This document shows, in pieces, positions 37,058 to 47,166 of a stretch of DNA of 64,000 nt. A program made the position numbers and the translations under genes. Source of the stretch: an uncultured Thermoplasmata archaeon. GTDB lineage: Archaea > Thermoplasmatota > Thermoplasmata > Lutacidiplasmatales > UBA184. The notes beneath the pieces were generated by a model. The model ran no database searches. It saw nothing but the letters and a program-made list of their open reading frames with translations, and was not told where the DNA came from. The stretch's first letter is position 1. Every line of letters begins with the position of its first letter. The stretch is from contig CAVRCS010000004.1 in NCBI GenBank assembly GCA_963719635.1, positions 693,159 to 757,158 of the forward strand, in the 5' to 3' direction.

Positions 37058-38461
37058 CTAGGCGCCCGCAACAGTGAGCGGGCGGGCGAGGACGGTCCCA
37101 GAGACGAGCCCCGCTGAGAGGCTCGGCTGCGAGCCGATCGCTTCGAGGTTCGCGAGGAGCGACGGCGAGCCGGCGGGGGCGAGCACCACGCCGCCCACCG
37201 TCCCCCCGCGGACCGGCTCGGCGAGCTTGCCGTTCCGGATGCGGTAGCCGATCCGGATCTCTCCGCCGAAGGCGCCGGAGATCGGGTCCGGGCTCGCCCA
37301 TCCGAGCTGGGTGACGAGCACGCCGTCGCGCGCGGCCTCCACCACCTCGGCGGTCGTTCCCCCCTTCCCCGCCTCGACGACGAGCGTCGAGGGGGTAGGG
37401 CCAGGGCTGTGGGCGAACCGGAGAGCACCGCCCGGCCCCATGCCCTGGCGCATCCCATCCCCCGTCGTGTGGGCGCCGAGCGCGGAGGCGTAGAGGATGT
37501 CGTACAGGTGCCCGGCGACCTTGCCGCCCTCGATCAGCGGCTGCTTCGAGCGCGGCGTCCCCTCGTCATCGTACGGGGAGGAGGCGGGCGCCCAGGGGTA
37601 GTCGCCTTCGTTGCGAACGGTGAGCGACTCCACGCCGACCACGGTCCCGACTTCGGGCGCGATCTTGCGCAGGCGCATCGCGCCGGAGAGGCGTGTGCCG
37701 AGGACCAGAGGCAGGATCCCGGAGAGCACGTCGGCCGGCAGGACGACCGCGAGGTCCCCGGTCGGCGGCTGCGCGGCGCGGCGGACGTCCGCGGCGTACG
37801 TGCACCAGTCATCAACGGCGCCCCGGAGCATCTTCGGCTCGAGCCGGCGGAACGACTCGTTGACCCAGAACTCGCCCGCCGGGGCGCCCTCCGGGCCGCC
37901 GAACGCCTTGACGGCGAGCTCGAGGTCGACGCGGGTCGAGGCGTAGCCGATCTTCAAGCCGGCAGAGTTCGCGATCGTCACCTCGCTCAGGACGGCCTTC
38001 ACCGAGCCGAAGCTCGGCACGACCCCGTGCCGCCCGTCGAACGCCCCGAGGAGCTCGGCGACGTACGCCCGGAGCGCCCCCATCGGGTCGGCCCAGAGCT
38101 TCGCGTCGACGATCGGCACCGACGGCGGCTTAGCGGAGCCGTCCGGCAGTTCAAGGTGCTTGGCGGGGAACTCGGCGGTCTTGGCGACCGCCGTGGCGTC
38201 CTGCACGCACGTCGCGACCCCCGCCGCCGAGACGTCGGTCGACGCCTGGAAGCCGACGCCCATCTGGCCGTCGCGAGGCAGGAACAGCCGGACGCCGTAC
38301 CCTTCGACCGTCATCGGGCCGCGTTCCAGCTCGATCTCGGTCCCTTGGAGGTGGAGTTCGAACCGCTGCTGCCGTTCGCCGAGGACGTCCCAGGGGGGCC
38401 CGGCTTTGACATGGGCGGCGGCGCGGTGCGCGAGGTCGAGGACGGGGGCCGGATCGCTCAT
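37058..38461 (-). CDS. pmbA: PmbA/TldE-family metalloprotease-associated protein
   Basis: PmbA/TldD-fold family. Its ATG overlaps the tldD stop (ATGA), indicating translational coupling. Confidence 0.8.
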   Translation of the reverse strand: MSDPAPVLDLAHRAAAHVKAGPPWDVLGERQQRFELHLQGTEIELERGPMTVEGYGVRLFLPRDGQMGVGFQASTDVSAAGVATCVQDATAVAKTAEFPAKHLELPDGSAKPPSVPIVDAKLWADPMGALRAYVAELLGAFDGRHGVVPSFGSVKAVLSEVTIANSAGLKIGYASTRVDLELAVKAFGGPEGAPAGEFWVNESFRRLEPKMLRGAVDDWCTYAADVRRAAQPPTGDLAVVLPADVLSGILPLVLGTRLSGAMRLRKIAPEVGTVVGVESLTVRNEGDYPWAPASSPYDDEGTPRSKQPLIEGGKVAGHLYDILYASALGAHTTGDGMRQGMGPGGALRFAHSPGPTPSTLVVEAGKGGTTAEVVEAARDGVLVTQLGWASPDPISGAFGGEIRIGYRIRNGKLAEPVRGGTVGGVVLAPAGSPSLLANLEAIGSQPSLSAGLVSGTVLARPLTVAGA

Positions 38462-39879
38462 GCCGGCCCCACGATCGCGTGCGAGAGGAGGTGGACCCCG
38501 CCGGTGCCTACCGGCAGGTAGTCGGTGTGGCCCTTGCCGCAGAACCCCGGACTGATCGAGGTGACCGGCGCGCGCTCGACGCCGCGGATCGCCTTCAGGA
38601 AGTCGAGGACCCGGCCCGACAGCGCCATCGAGCTGACGAGGTCGGTGAGCTTGCCGTTCTCGATCTTGCGGCCCTTCTTCACCTTCAGTTGCATCTGGCC
38701 GCCGAGCGGATCCTCGATTCCGCTCGTCCCGCGCTCGAGCAAGACCCCGTGCTTGACCCCTTCGAGCATCTCCGAGTAGCTGTGCGTGCCGGTCGCCACA
38801 TAGGTGTTCGTCATCCGGACGAACGCGCGGCTCAGGAAGTCGGAACGCCGGGTGCTTCCCGTGGGCTTCGCCCCGAGCAGGGAGGCGGTTTCCCGATCGT
38901 GGAGCGCGCCGACGAACCGGCCGTGGTCGACCAGCGGCGTCCGCTGCGCCGGGTGGCCCTCGTCGTCACAGTAGATCGTGCCCCAGCCGCCGGCGAACGC
39001 CCCGTCGTCGACGATGGAGACGAACTCCGGGGCCACCGTCTGGCCGACGAGCGGCTTGAGGTACGACCGGTCGCGGACGAACTGGTCCGCCTCCGTGCCG
39101 TGCCCGAACGACTCGTGGGCGACCAGGCCGGCGACGCTCGGGTCGAGCAGGACGTCCATCTCCCCGGTCGGGGGGGCCTTCGCGTGGAGCAGAGCCTTGG
39201 ACGCCTCCGACGCTTCTCGCAGCGTCGCCTCCTCGAGCGGCGGGGCGGTCTCCAACCCCCCGAGACCGCCGTGGCTCCAGAAATCGAACTCGGGCCGGCC
39301 GTTCTCCATGGCGATCGGGATTGCGAGGACGTGGGTCCGGAGAAGCGTCTGCCGGCAGTCCGCGCCGGCGGAGTTCTGGTACCGTCGGTCGTCCGACTCC
39401 CACTCCAGTCGGACCTGCGCCTCCGTGATCCCGTCCACGGCGGTCATCCAGCCCCGGAGGTCCTTCGCGAGCGTGATCGTTCCCTCGAGCCCGAGGTCGC
39501 GGAGCGAGCGCTTCGGTCGAGTCACCCAGTGTCCCTTCGTGGTCGCCGACTCCCCTGGCGGCGGCGAGCTGCCGGCCTGGGGCTCGAGCACGCGTTCCAG
39601 CTGCTCGACCGCCTCCCCGATCGCGCGCTCGCTGAGGTCCGACGTGGCGGCCTCTGCCCAGCGGCGGCCGGTCCAGACCCGATAGACGGCGCCGGCCAAC
39701 CGCGGACGCGGTTGGACCGCTGCGGACTTGGTGTCGACGACGACGCTCTGCCCTCCGCCGCTCTCGGCGAACAGTTCGGCGAACTTCGCCCGGCGGGCCA
39801 GGCGGTCCAGTCCGTGGGTCAGCGTCGCGTCGTGGTCGTCGACCAACGTCACGGCCCCGCTGGAGGGCCGGTGCCACAT
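38458..39879 (-). CDS. tldD: TldD-family zinc metalloprotease
   Basis: HESFGHGTEAD HExxxH motif. Confidence 0.85.
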   Translation of the reverse strand: MWHRPSSGAVTLVDDHDATLTHGLDRLARRAKFAELFAESGGGQSVVVDTKSAAVQPRPRLAGAVYRVWTGRRWAEAATSDLSERAIGEAVEQLERVLEPQAGSSPPPGESATTKGHWVTRPKRSLRDLGLEGTITLAKDLRGWMTAVDGITEAQVRLEWESDDRRYQNSAGADCRQTLLRTHVLAIPIAMENGRPEFDFWSHGGLGGLETAPPLEEATLREASEASKALLHAKAPPTGEMDVLLDPSVAGLVAHESFGHGTEADQFVRDRSYLKPLVGQTVAPEFVSIVDDGAFAGGWGTIYCDDEGHPAQRTPLVDHGRFVGALHDRETASLLGAKPTGSTRRSDFLSRAFVRMTNTYVATGTHSYSEMLEGVKHGVLLERGTSGIEDPLGGQMQLKVKKGRKIENGKLTDLVSSMALSGRVLDFLKAIRGVERAPVTSISPGFCGKGHTDYLPVGTGGVHLLSHAIVGPA

Positions 39880-39960
39880 AACCCGGACGGGCGCGGCCCA
39901 CCGCCGGGCGGGCGGGGCTCCGACGGGGAGGGGCTATAGACGGGGACGGTTGTCGCGCGG

Positions 39961-40399
39961 CATGCCGACGAAGACCGCCTCCCGCGACTTCGGCCTCATC
40001 GGCTTCGACCACGTCGACCTCGCGCTCAAGGACCGGGCGAAGGCTCGGCGGTTCTTCGTCGAGCAGCTCGGGTTGGAGGTGGTCGGCGAGGCGCCCGACC
40101 ACACCTACCTGCTCCTCGGCGACCAGGTCCTCGGGCTCCACGACGCGAAGGACGGGGTGACGCTCGCGGGGGTCGACCACCTCGCGCTGCGCGTGAGCGA
40201 GTGGACCGGCCTGCGCAACCGAATAGGCCGTGCCCGCGTCACGATCGTGCGGGAGAAGGAACGGGACGACTCCCGTTCGCTGTTCCTCCGCGGACCCGAG
40301 GGGCTCTCGATCGAGCTCGTCTGGCGGCCGGAGCCGCACAACCACACGTGCGCGCACCCGGCCCCTCCGCCGCCCCCGGCGGAGGACGACGACGCCTGA
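39961..40399 (+). CDS. VOC/glyoxalase-family protein
   Basis: GFDHVDLAL and VDHLALRV (paired beta-alpha-beta-beta-beta modules). Confidence 0.7.
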
Positions 40400-40405
40400 A
40401 CCGGC

Positions 40406-41371
40406 CTAGCGGCGGGCGGCGCGCGCCGCCCGCGGAGCCGCGGCGGCGAGCCCGGGGACCCGGGCGAGCCAGTTCGCATACCGCGGCTCTTCGCCCCGGA
40501 CCGCCCGCGCGTAGACGCCCATGACCGCGCGGCTGACCGGGCCCGGTACCGCCGTGCCGATCTTGTGGTGGCCGACCTCGCGGAGCGGCGCAAGCTCGGC
40601 GTACGTCCCGGTGAAGAACGCCTCGTCCGCGGTGAGCAGTTCGTTGACCGAGACCAGCTTCTGGACGACCGTGTAGCCGAGGTCGCTCGCGATGGTGATC
40701 ACGGACTCGCGGGTGATCCCGAGGAGGATGTCCGACTCGAGCCCCGGAGTGTAGAGCGTCTCGCCTCGGACGAGGAACAGGTTCTCCCCCGTCCCCTCCG
40801 CTAGGTAGCCGTTGGAGTCCAGGAGGATCGCCTCGTCGTAGCCGTCCTGCTGCGCGTCGATGCCGGCGAGGTAGCTCACCAGGTAGTTGCCGCACGCCTT
40901 GGCGTACGACGGCATCGAGTCGGACCGCGGCTTGCGGAACGGCGACAGCTTCGCGCGGACCCCTTTCTCGGAGCCGTCGCCGAGGTACTTCTTCGCCGGA
41001 ATGGCGGCGATGGCGAGCGAGACTTTCCCGGTCGCGTTCTTGACGCCGAGCGCCGGCTCGCCCCGGTAGACGAGGGGCCGGATGTACGACGGGACGATGT
41101 CGTTCGCCGCCTGGGTGTCCATGATGGCCCGCTCAATCTCCGCCGCGCTCCAGCTGAGGGGGAGGTGGTAGACCCGGGACGAGGTGATCAGCCGGGCGAC
41201 ATGCTCCTTGAGTCGGAAGATCGCCGGGCCCTCGGCGGTGGGATAGGCGCGGATCCCCTCGAAGACGCCGACGCCGTAGTGCAGCGTGTGGTTGAGCACG
41301 TGCACCTTCGCGTCCTCGAAATCGACCAGGCGCCCGTCCATCCAGATCTTCTTCCCCGTTGCCGCCAACAT
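40406..41371 (-). CDS. ilvE: Branched-chain amino acid aminotransferase
   Basis: KIWMDGRLV and EGTGENLF; PLP fold type IV. SD GGAGG is 10 nt upstream of ATG 41371 (MLAATGKKIW). Confidence 0.85.
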   Translation of the reverse strand: MLAATGKKIWMDGRLVDFEDAKVHVLNHTLHYGVGVFEGIRAYPTAEGPAIFRLKEHVARLITSSRVYHLPLSWSAAEIERAIMDTQAANDIVPSYIRPLVYRGEPALGVKNATGKVSLAIAAIPAKKYLGDGSEKGVRAKLSPFRKPRSDSMPSYAKACGNYLVSYLAGIDAQQDGYDEAILLDSNGYLAEGTGENLFLVRGETLYTPGLESDILLGITRESVITIASDLGYTVVQKLVSVNELLTADEAFFTGTYAELAPLREVGHHKIGTAVPGPVSRAVMGVYARAVRGEEPRYANWLARVPGLAAAAPRAARAARR

Positions 41372-41721
41372 CTTCCTCGGGCCCTCCCTCGTCTCCACCT
41401 ACACGGACCGGGGTAAAACGGCTATCTGACTCGATTCCGCTCATTCGTCCATCCCTGACAAGGACCGCTGGTCGGTTGCTCGGAAACGGGGGGCCGGCAG
41501 CGGAACTGCGCCTCGCGTCCTCTCGGAGCGCCCACGGCGGCAGCCCGTGCTCCCTCCCGGCTGGGCGCCACGCCTTCGGGGTTGGCCCGCCTGACGGGCT
41601 CGTACTCTCCCAGCGGCGCGACCGCGGGCCGGCACTCGGAGGGTTCAGGAAAAGGAAGGACGGAAGGGGTTCGCCAGAACGCCGGCCCCTCCGCAGAGGG
41701 ACCGCCGCGCGGTTCGGGACT

Positions 41722-44407
41722 TCAGCTCGCCCCCGGCGGCGGCGACGGGGGCGGCGTGGCGGTCCCCGTCGGGCCGGCGGTCGCAGGGTCGGCGGGCGTC
41801 AGCGGCGCGGGCGTCCGCGGCTTGCGCCGCATCAGCAGCACCGCCGCGCCCGCGACGACGAGCACGATCACGATGATCAGTACGTAGAGCCCGGTCCCTT
41901 GCGTCAGGTCCGTGGCAAGGGAGGTCGCCGGCGGCTGGGAGACCGTCTCCGTGAGCGTCTTCGTGACGCTCCCGCCAACATGGTCGGTGATGACGACCGT
42001 CACGGTGTACGTCCCCGCCGTGCCGTAGGTGTGGGTCGGGGTCGCGCCCGTGCCTACCGCGCCGTCGCCGAACGTCCACGCGTAGCTGAACGCCCCGACA
42101 CCGCCCGTTCCGTTGGCGGTGAAGTGGACGCTCGTCTTCGTGTTCGGCGTTATCGTGTTGGCGCTCACCGTGCCACTTGGACCGGCGATGACGTTGACGG
42201 TCGTCGACGAGAGGCAGGACGCCCCCCACGCGTCGGTCACCGTCAGGTCGACGGTGTACGTGCCGGTCGCGGCGTAGGCGTGCGTCGGGTTCTCGGCGGT
42301 CGACAGGTCCCCGTCCCCGAACGCCCACGCGTAGGTGTACGACCCGGAGCCGAGCGCCGCGTTCGCGGTGAACGAGTCCGTGACCCCGACGTCGGTGGTA
42401 CGGTCCGAGGCGGTCGCTGCCGAGGTGACCGCCTGCGCGATCGTCACGTCGGTGGTCCCCATCGCTACTGCGCCCAGGGCGTCCGTCACGGTCTCCGAGA
42501 CGGTGTACGACCCCGCGGCCGTGTAGACGTGGGTCGGGTCCTGGAGCGCGGAGAGCCCGGAGCCGTCACCGAAGTTCCAGGAGTAGGTGTACGGGAACGT
42601 TCCGCCCGTGAGCCCGGAGGTGAACGACATCGTCAGGCCGACCTCCCGGTTCGTGAGCCCCGCTGACGGGGCCACGCTCGGGAGGGCGAAGACGTTGAGC
42701 GAGTCGGTCGTGTTGCCGGCGACCCCGAAGTAGTCGGTGATCCAGAACGTCAGTCCGGCGTCCGCGGGGGCCGTGTAGGTGAAATTCTGCGCTACCACGT
42801 CGGACGAGCTGAAGTTGTAGCCGAACAGGTAGCCGAAGAAGGAGTTCGAGATGTTGTCGTAGAGGTACCACTGGACGAACGGGCCCGAGCCGGTGCCGGA
42901 GAGCGCGGCCGAGACGTTCACCACGTAGCCGACGTCGGTGGGAGTCGGGGTGACGTCGAGGAAGTACGGGTATGGGGGTTCCTCCAGGACGTAGTCGTAG
43001 TCGTAGCAGTAGACGCTGACGCAGTCTCCACCCGCCCTCAGCGGCGCGAGAGCAGAGCTGTTCGACGGCATCGCGAACGCGTACCCCGGCGGCGGGCCGC
43101 TGATCGACCCGAAGAAGAACTCCGAGGGGGCCCAGGCACCGTCGAGGAAGTACTCCGTATCGTTGAGGGGGGCGCCGCCGTACGTCAGCCCGCCCGTGAG
43201 CATGATCCGGTCGAGTTGCCCGTCCCAGGTCATCCCCGCGAACGCCCGCCCTTCCGGGTAGGTGTAGAAGCAGATCGGGTAGGAGATGCACGTCACACCG
43301 GTCGAACTGCCGGTGATGTTCCACCACCCACCGGAGGTGTTGAAGATGTACGTTCCGTTCATGATCCCGGTGAAGTACGACCACCCGCCGAACAGGACGA
43401 GCTCTTCGTTGACCGGATCGGTACGCCATCGAGGCCCCCCAGAAGAACTCCCAGGCACCGCCGGACGTCGGCCCGAAGCCACCGTCCTCCCAGCCGACGG
43501 GGGTGAGGACCCACCACTGGTTCCAGGCGTTTTCGCAGTGCAGCTGGGTGCAGCCGCCGACCACGAACACGTCCCCGTAGACGCTGTCGTAGGCTACCGC
43601 CGCGAAGGCGGTGCCGTTGAAGGAGAGCCCGGCGACCGACGCTTCCCAGCCGGTGTAGTAGGTGATGTTGGTCCAGGCGTAGCCGTCGAACTCCCAGGTA
43701 AAGTTGGCGGTCTGGCCGGTAGATTGGATCCCACCGAACATGATGACCGCGCCGTACTCGGGGTCCCAGACGAGACCCTCGCCCATGACGGCCGGGACAT
43801 AGCCGTAGACGTCGTCCGTCACGTTAAACCACGTGACCCCGTCGTAGACCCAGGTGGCGTTCGTCGGGCAGGCGAACGAGCAGCCGCCGAACAGGACAAC
43901 CTCGTCGAGGTCCGGGTCGTAGGCGGCCGAGGCGTTGAAGACCACCGGCCCGCCGTTGTAGTAGTTCATGAAGTCGGTCGTGTTGTACCAGTTCTCGTCG
44001 CCGAGCTGGTCCGGGCTGATCGCGCTGGACGCGCGGACCGGCGCCGCCGCCGGCTGCCCTCCGGCTGAAACCGGGGTCGCGGCGGGGGCGACCGGCCTTG
44101 GAACGGGGCGTGACTGTGACGTGCCGCCGCAGCGGAGGGAGTTGGCCGCAGGGCTGTCGCATTTCCAGGGGACACCGCCGGCAGGGCCCGCGCCGGTCGC
44201 GAGCGAGGCGGCCGCGGCGTTCAGTTCGGTCGTCGACTTGGAATCGGAGGGGGTGGGCAGGCTCGCCAGCGCCGGGTGCTCGGCCGACGCTCCGGTCCCC
44301 ACAGACGTGTGGGAGGCTACCAGCGGGCTCAGCGCGGAGGCGCCGAGCATCACGCCGAACACCACGATCACCAAGGCAAGGCTTCTTATCCGCAACGGGG
44401 GGCGCAT
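41722..44407 (-). CDS. Membrane-anchored surface protein: signal peptide + Kelch-type beta-propeller + 3 PKD domains + TM, with a 1-nt frameshift near 43420
   Basis: ATG at 44407 gives MRPPLRIRSLALVIVVFGVMLGASA. Kelch repeats (VVLFGG, IMFGG). PKD domains (YTYSWNFGDGSG...NPTHVYTAAGSYTV). The TM is LYVLIIVIVLVVAGAAVLLM with a Pro-rich tail. The frames join at ...WEFFWGASMAY / DPVNEELVLFGGW. Confidence 0.75.
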
Positions 44408-44936
44408 GGGGCTCGGACCAGAGGAGCCACTACTTGAATGTATGCGGGAAACCGAGGGCGTCGGTTTTCTGACACGACCGACGGTCTTGGCCCGTGCCCG
44501 CGCCCTGTCCTGCCGTCCTTCGCGCGGTCCTCTCGCCGGCCGCTCGTGCCTGCTTCCACGGGAAAGCGACTCAGCCGCAGCCGCCCGGAGCGTCAGGACC
44601 GGGCGGAGTGCTGCCGAAGTCCCCCTCCGGAGGTGGTTGAGTCGCAAGGGGTGCGGCCCTGGGTTGAAGGATAGCGACCGCCGGGACCGCTCCAGCGCCT
44701 GCCAGCCCGGCCCCGACCAAAGCCACCCGGGGGGGAACGCCGCCCCCCGTGTTTGACGGGCCCCCGCCCCGGCGGAGCCGCTCGAGGCGGCCTCGTTCAC
44801 GTGGGCAACGGCATCGCGGCCGAACGCGTCGGCCGGAAACTTAGAGCAAGACCGTTCCTGTGGCCGTGTCGCAGCGGAACTCGCTCGGGACTTCGATCTG
44901 TGGGTGGTCCGGCGCGGCCATTCCAGGAAGATATCA

Positions 44937-44950
44937 ACATATGCATATGT
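44937..44950. promoter_or_regulatory. Perfect 14-bp palindrome ACATATGCATATGT
   Basis: A unique AT-rich palindrome in ~70% GC DNA. It shares its 11-mer with the vapB promoter 1.3 kb downstream. Confidence 0.5.
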
Positions 44951-45666
44951 GGCAACATATTCTTGGCACCGCGGGTCGCACCGGAAACCCGGTCTCCGGG
45001 TCGGGTTGATCCCGACCTGGTCGTTGACTCGCGGCGCGCCCCTCCGGGGCACCGGCACCGGGCGGGCATCGGGCGATGTCCGCGCCCCGGATGCTCGGAT
45101 GCCGGAGCGACCGACCGAATTACCGGGCGGGAGCCCGTCGACCGTACCGTAAACGCCGACGTTAAGCTACCCGCGTTACAGACTCCGCATTTCAAGGGTG
45201 CGCCGGGCCGCGTCAGGGTGAAGGCGGTCCCGACTCGAGGCGGGGGCGGCCGCCGATCACCGACGCGCGGCCTCCGGGCCCGGGAGGAGGTGCCCCGGCG
45301 GGACGGAGGCGCCCAGGCTGGAAAGAGGGCCCTCGGGGTGCTGTATAACTCCAGTTATACGCCCCTACGAGAGAGAAACCGACCGAGATCCCCCTCTGTG
45401 CGCTGGTCCTCTGCCTCGCCAGGCCAAACAGAATCTCGTTACAGCTGTCATAAGATTGTCAATAATGCTACTGCCATTACTATGGCTCTCATAATAGAGA
45501 AACGGACCATTCTGGGGCCCGGAGGGGTGGGTCGACGAGCCCAACTGGCCCCAAGTCGCCGCGTCGCTCCCCGGCCGATCGCAGCTCGATCCCGGTCCGA
45601 GCCGTGCGGCTACAGATGTAGTGACTGTGAGGAATCGCTGTTGCGTGCTAAGCGTGTTTACAGAGC

Positions 45667-46059
45667 CTATACTGCCAAAACTCGGATGCGGAAGCTCCAG
45701 CCGCCTCCCAGTCGGTCGTCGTCGGTCAGCAGCTCCTCGCAACCACCTGCTTCGAGGGCTGCGAGCATCCCGAGGGTTGCGGGTGCGAGTCGTGGTCCGC
45801 TCCCCTGCGCCCTCTTGCTCGCCTCCCTGGTAGACCGCGCGTCGAGGGGAAGGACGGTGAGCCGCTGTCGGATCCGTTCGATCGCCTCGAGGCGAGCCCG
45901 CCGGGAGCGGCTGGGACCGGCGGCCGCGAGGTAGGAGAGCTCGACCAGGTTGACCTCGGTGGTGGCGAGCTCGGTTCCCCTCAGCCGGCGGAGCAGGTCG
46001 CGGACCTTGGTCGAGCCTTCCAGCAGGCCCAGGAGCAGCCCCGTGTCGAGGGCCTTCAC
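45667..46059 (-). CDS. vapC: PIN-domain ribonuclease toxin VapC
   Basis: PIN acidic residues in LDTG, NLVELSY and LTDDDRL. The GTG start overlaps the vapB stop (GTGA). Confidence 0.75.
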   Translation of the reverse strand: MKALDTGLLLGLLEGSTKVRDLLRRLRGTELATTEVNLVELSYLAAAGPSRSRRARLEAIERIRQRLTVLPLDARSTREASKRAQGSGPRLAPATLGMLAALEAGGCEELLTDDDRLGGGWSFRIRVLAV

Positions 46060-46265
46060 GCCCGTTCCCCCGGTCTCCGAAGCTTCCGAAGGAGGAGGCG
46101 GTCCGCCCGGTGGGGGCGGCTTCCCCAGCTGCCGAAGACATCCTCGAGGCCCCGTCGCTGCTCGAGCAGGCGGCGGAGCACGGAGGTAAAGCTCTCGCCG
46201 GTGCGCTTCTCCCGTTCCAGCGCGTCGTACACGCCCTTCTGGACGGCGATGTTCTTGGATGGCAT
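46056..46265 (-). CDS. vapB: VapB-type antitoxin (archaeal MxxKxIxVxxxxYxxLxxxKxxxESFS family)
   Basis: MPSKNIAVQKGVYDALEREKRTGESFTSVLRRLL. The operator-like TGTATGCATATGTAGATGTATG lies immediately upstream of the ATG. Confidence 0.7.
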   Translation of the reverse strand: MPSKNIAVQKGVYDALEREKRTGESFTSVLRRLLEQRRGLEDVFGSWGSRPHRADRLLLRKLRRPGERA

Positions 46266-46270
46266 ACATC

Positions 46271-46283
46271 TACATATGCATAC
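46271..46283. promoter_or_regulatory. vapBC operator/promoter palindrome TACATATGCATAC
   Basis: The TATGCATA core is 2-25 nt upstream of the vapB ATG. It doubles as an AT-rich TATA-like element. Confidence 0.5.
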
Positions 46284-46397
46284 ACAGTTAAGCTCGTTGC
46301 GGCCGGCCGGTTGCGGCGGTCGACCCGGGCGCACCCGGGCCGGGTCGCAGGCGGGGCGCTCGGCATACCCTCTTGACTCCGGGGTCGACAGAGGCCC

Positions 46398-47003
46398 ATG
46401 GTACAGCAGGCGCCCTCCGGAGCTCGGGATACGGGCGCGGGCCGCTACGTACTGCTGCTTCGTGCGGTGAACGTCGGGGGCCGGACCCTCGACATGGAGT
46501 CGTTCCGGGCGGCCTTGGCCCAGGCGGGCTGTGCTGAGGCCCTGACCCTGGGCGCGGCAGGGAGCGCGGTCGTCTCGGGGGGACCGCGCGGGGGTCCGGC
46601 AGAGTTGGAGCGTGCGGTTGAAAGGACGCTTGCGGCAGCCGGTCTCGAGACTGCGGTGGTCGTCCGATCGGCGGCCGACTGGGGGGCCGTCATCCGGGGA
46701 AACCCGTTCCGAGAAGAAGCGAGGGCGGACCCAGCACACCTCCTCGTCTGCGCTCTGAAGGGGGATCCGGGCCCCGAGGCAGACCGCCGGCTCTCCGCCG
46801 CGATCAGCGGGCGGGAGCGGGTTGCCGTCGGGGGACGGCACGTCTACCTGGTCTATCCGGACGGGGTCGGCAGGTCGAAGCTCACCGCCGCGGTCATCGA
46901 GCGGGCCTTGGGAGTGAGGGGGACCAGCCGGAACTGGAACACCGTCGAGCGCCTCCAAACCGTCCTGTCGGCGGAGCCGCCCGGCCGTTCGACGGCACCC
47001 TAG
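46398..47003 (+). CDS. DUF1697-family protein
   Basis: YVLLLRAVNVGGRTLDM matches the DUF1697 signature LLRGINVGG. Confidence 0.6.
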   Translation: MVQQAPSGARDTGAGRYVLLLRAVNVGGRTLDMESFRAALAQAGCAEALTLGAAGSAVVSGGPRGGPAELERAVERTLAAAGLETAVVVRSAADWGAVIRGNPFREEARADPAHLLVCALKGDPGPEADRRLSAAISGRERVAVGGRHVYLVYPDGVGRSKLTAAVIERALGVRGTSRNWNTVERLQTVLSAEPPGRSTAP

Positions 47004-47166
47004 ACGACGAGAGTTTCCGCGCGCGCCAGCGCGAGCGGCGGCGAGAGCGCCGCCGAGGACTCCTCGGCCGGACCAGGGTCGGTCCGGAAGTGAACGTGCT
47101 TGCTGACGTCGTGGTCGGGCACCGTGAAGCGACCGTGGGTCCCGGCCCCGATGTACGCGCGAGGTC

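Noticed and set aside
47060-47110. SRP/4.5S-like motif CAGGGTCGGTCCGGAAG in the convergent gap after the DUF1697 gene
   Set aside because: The downstream strand lacks the conserved GGAAGCAGC / AGCA symmetric-loop partner. Only ~120 nt is available, whereas archaeal 7S RNA is ~300 nt. A 10-mer match is expected by chance roughly once per 10 windows of this size.
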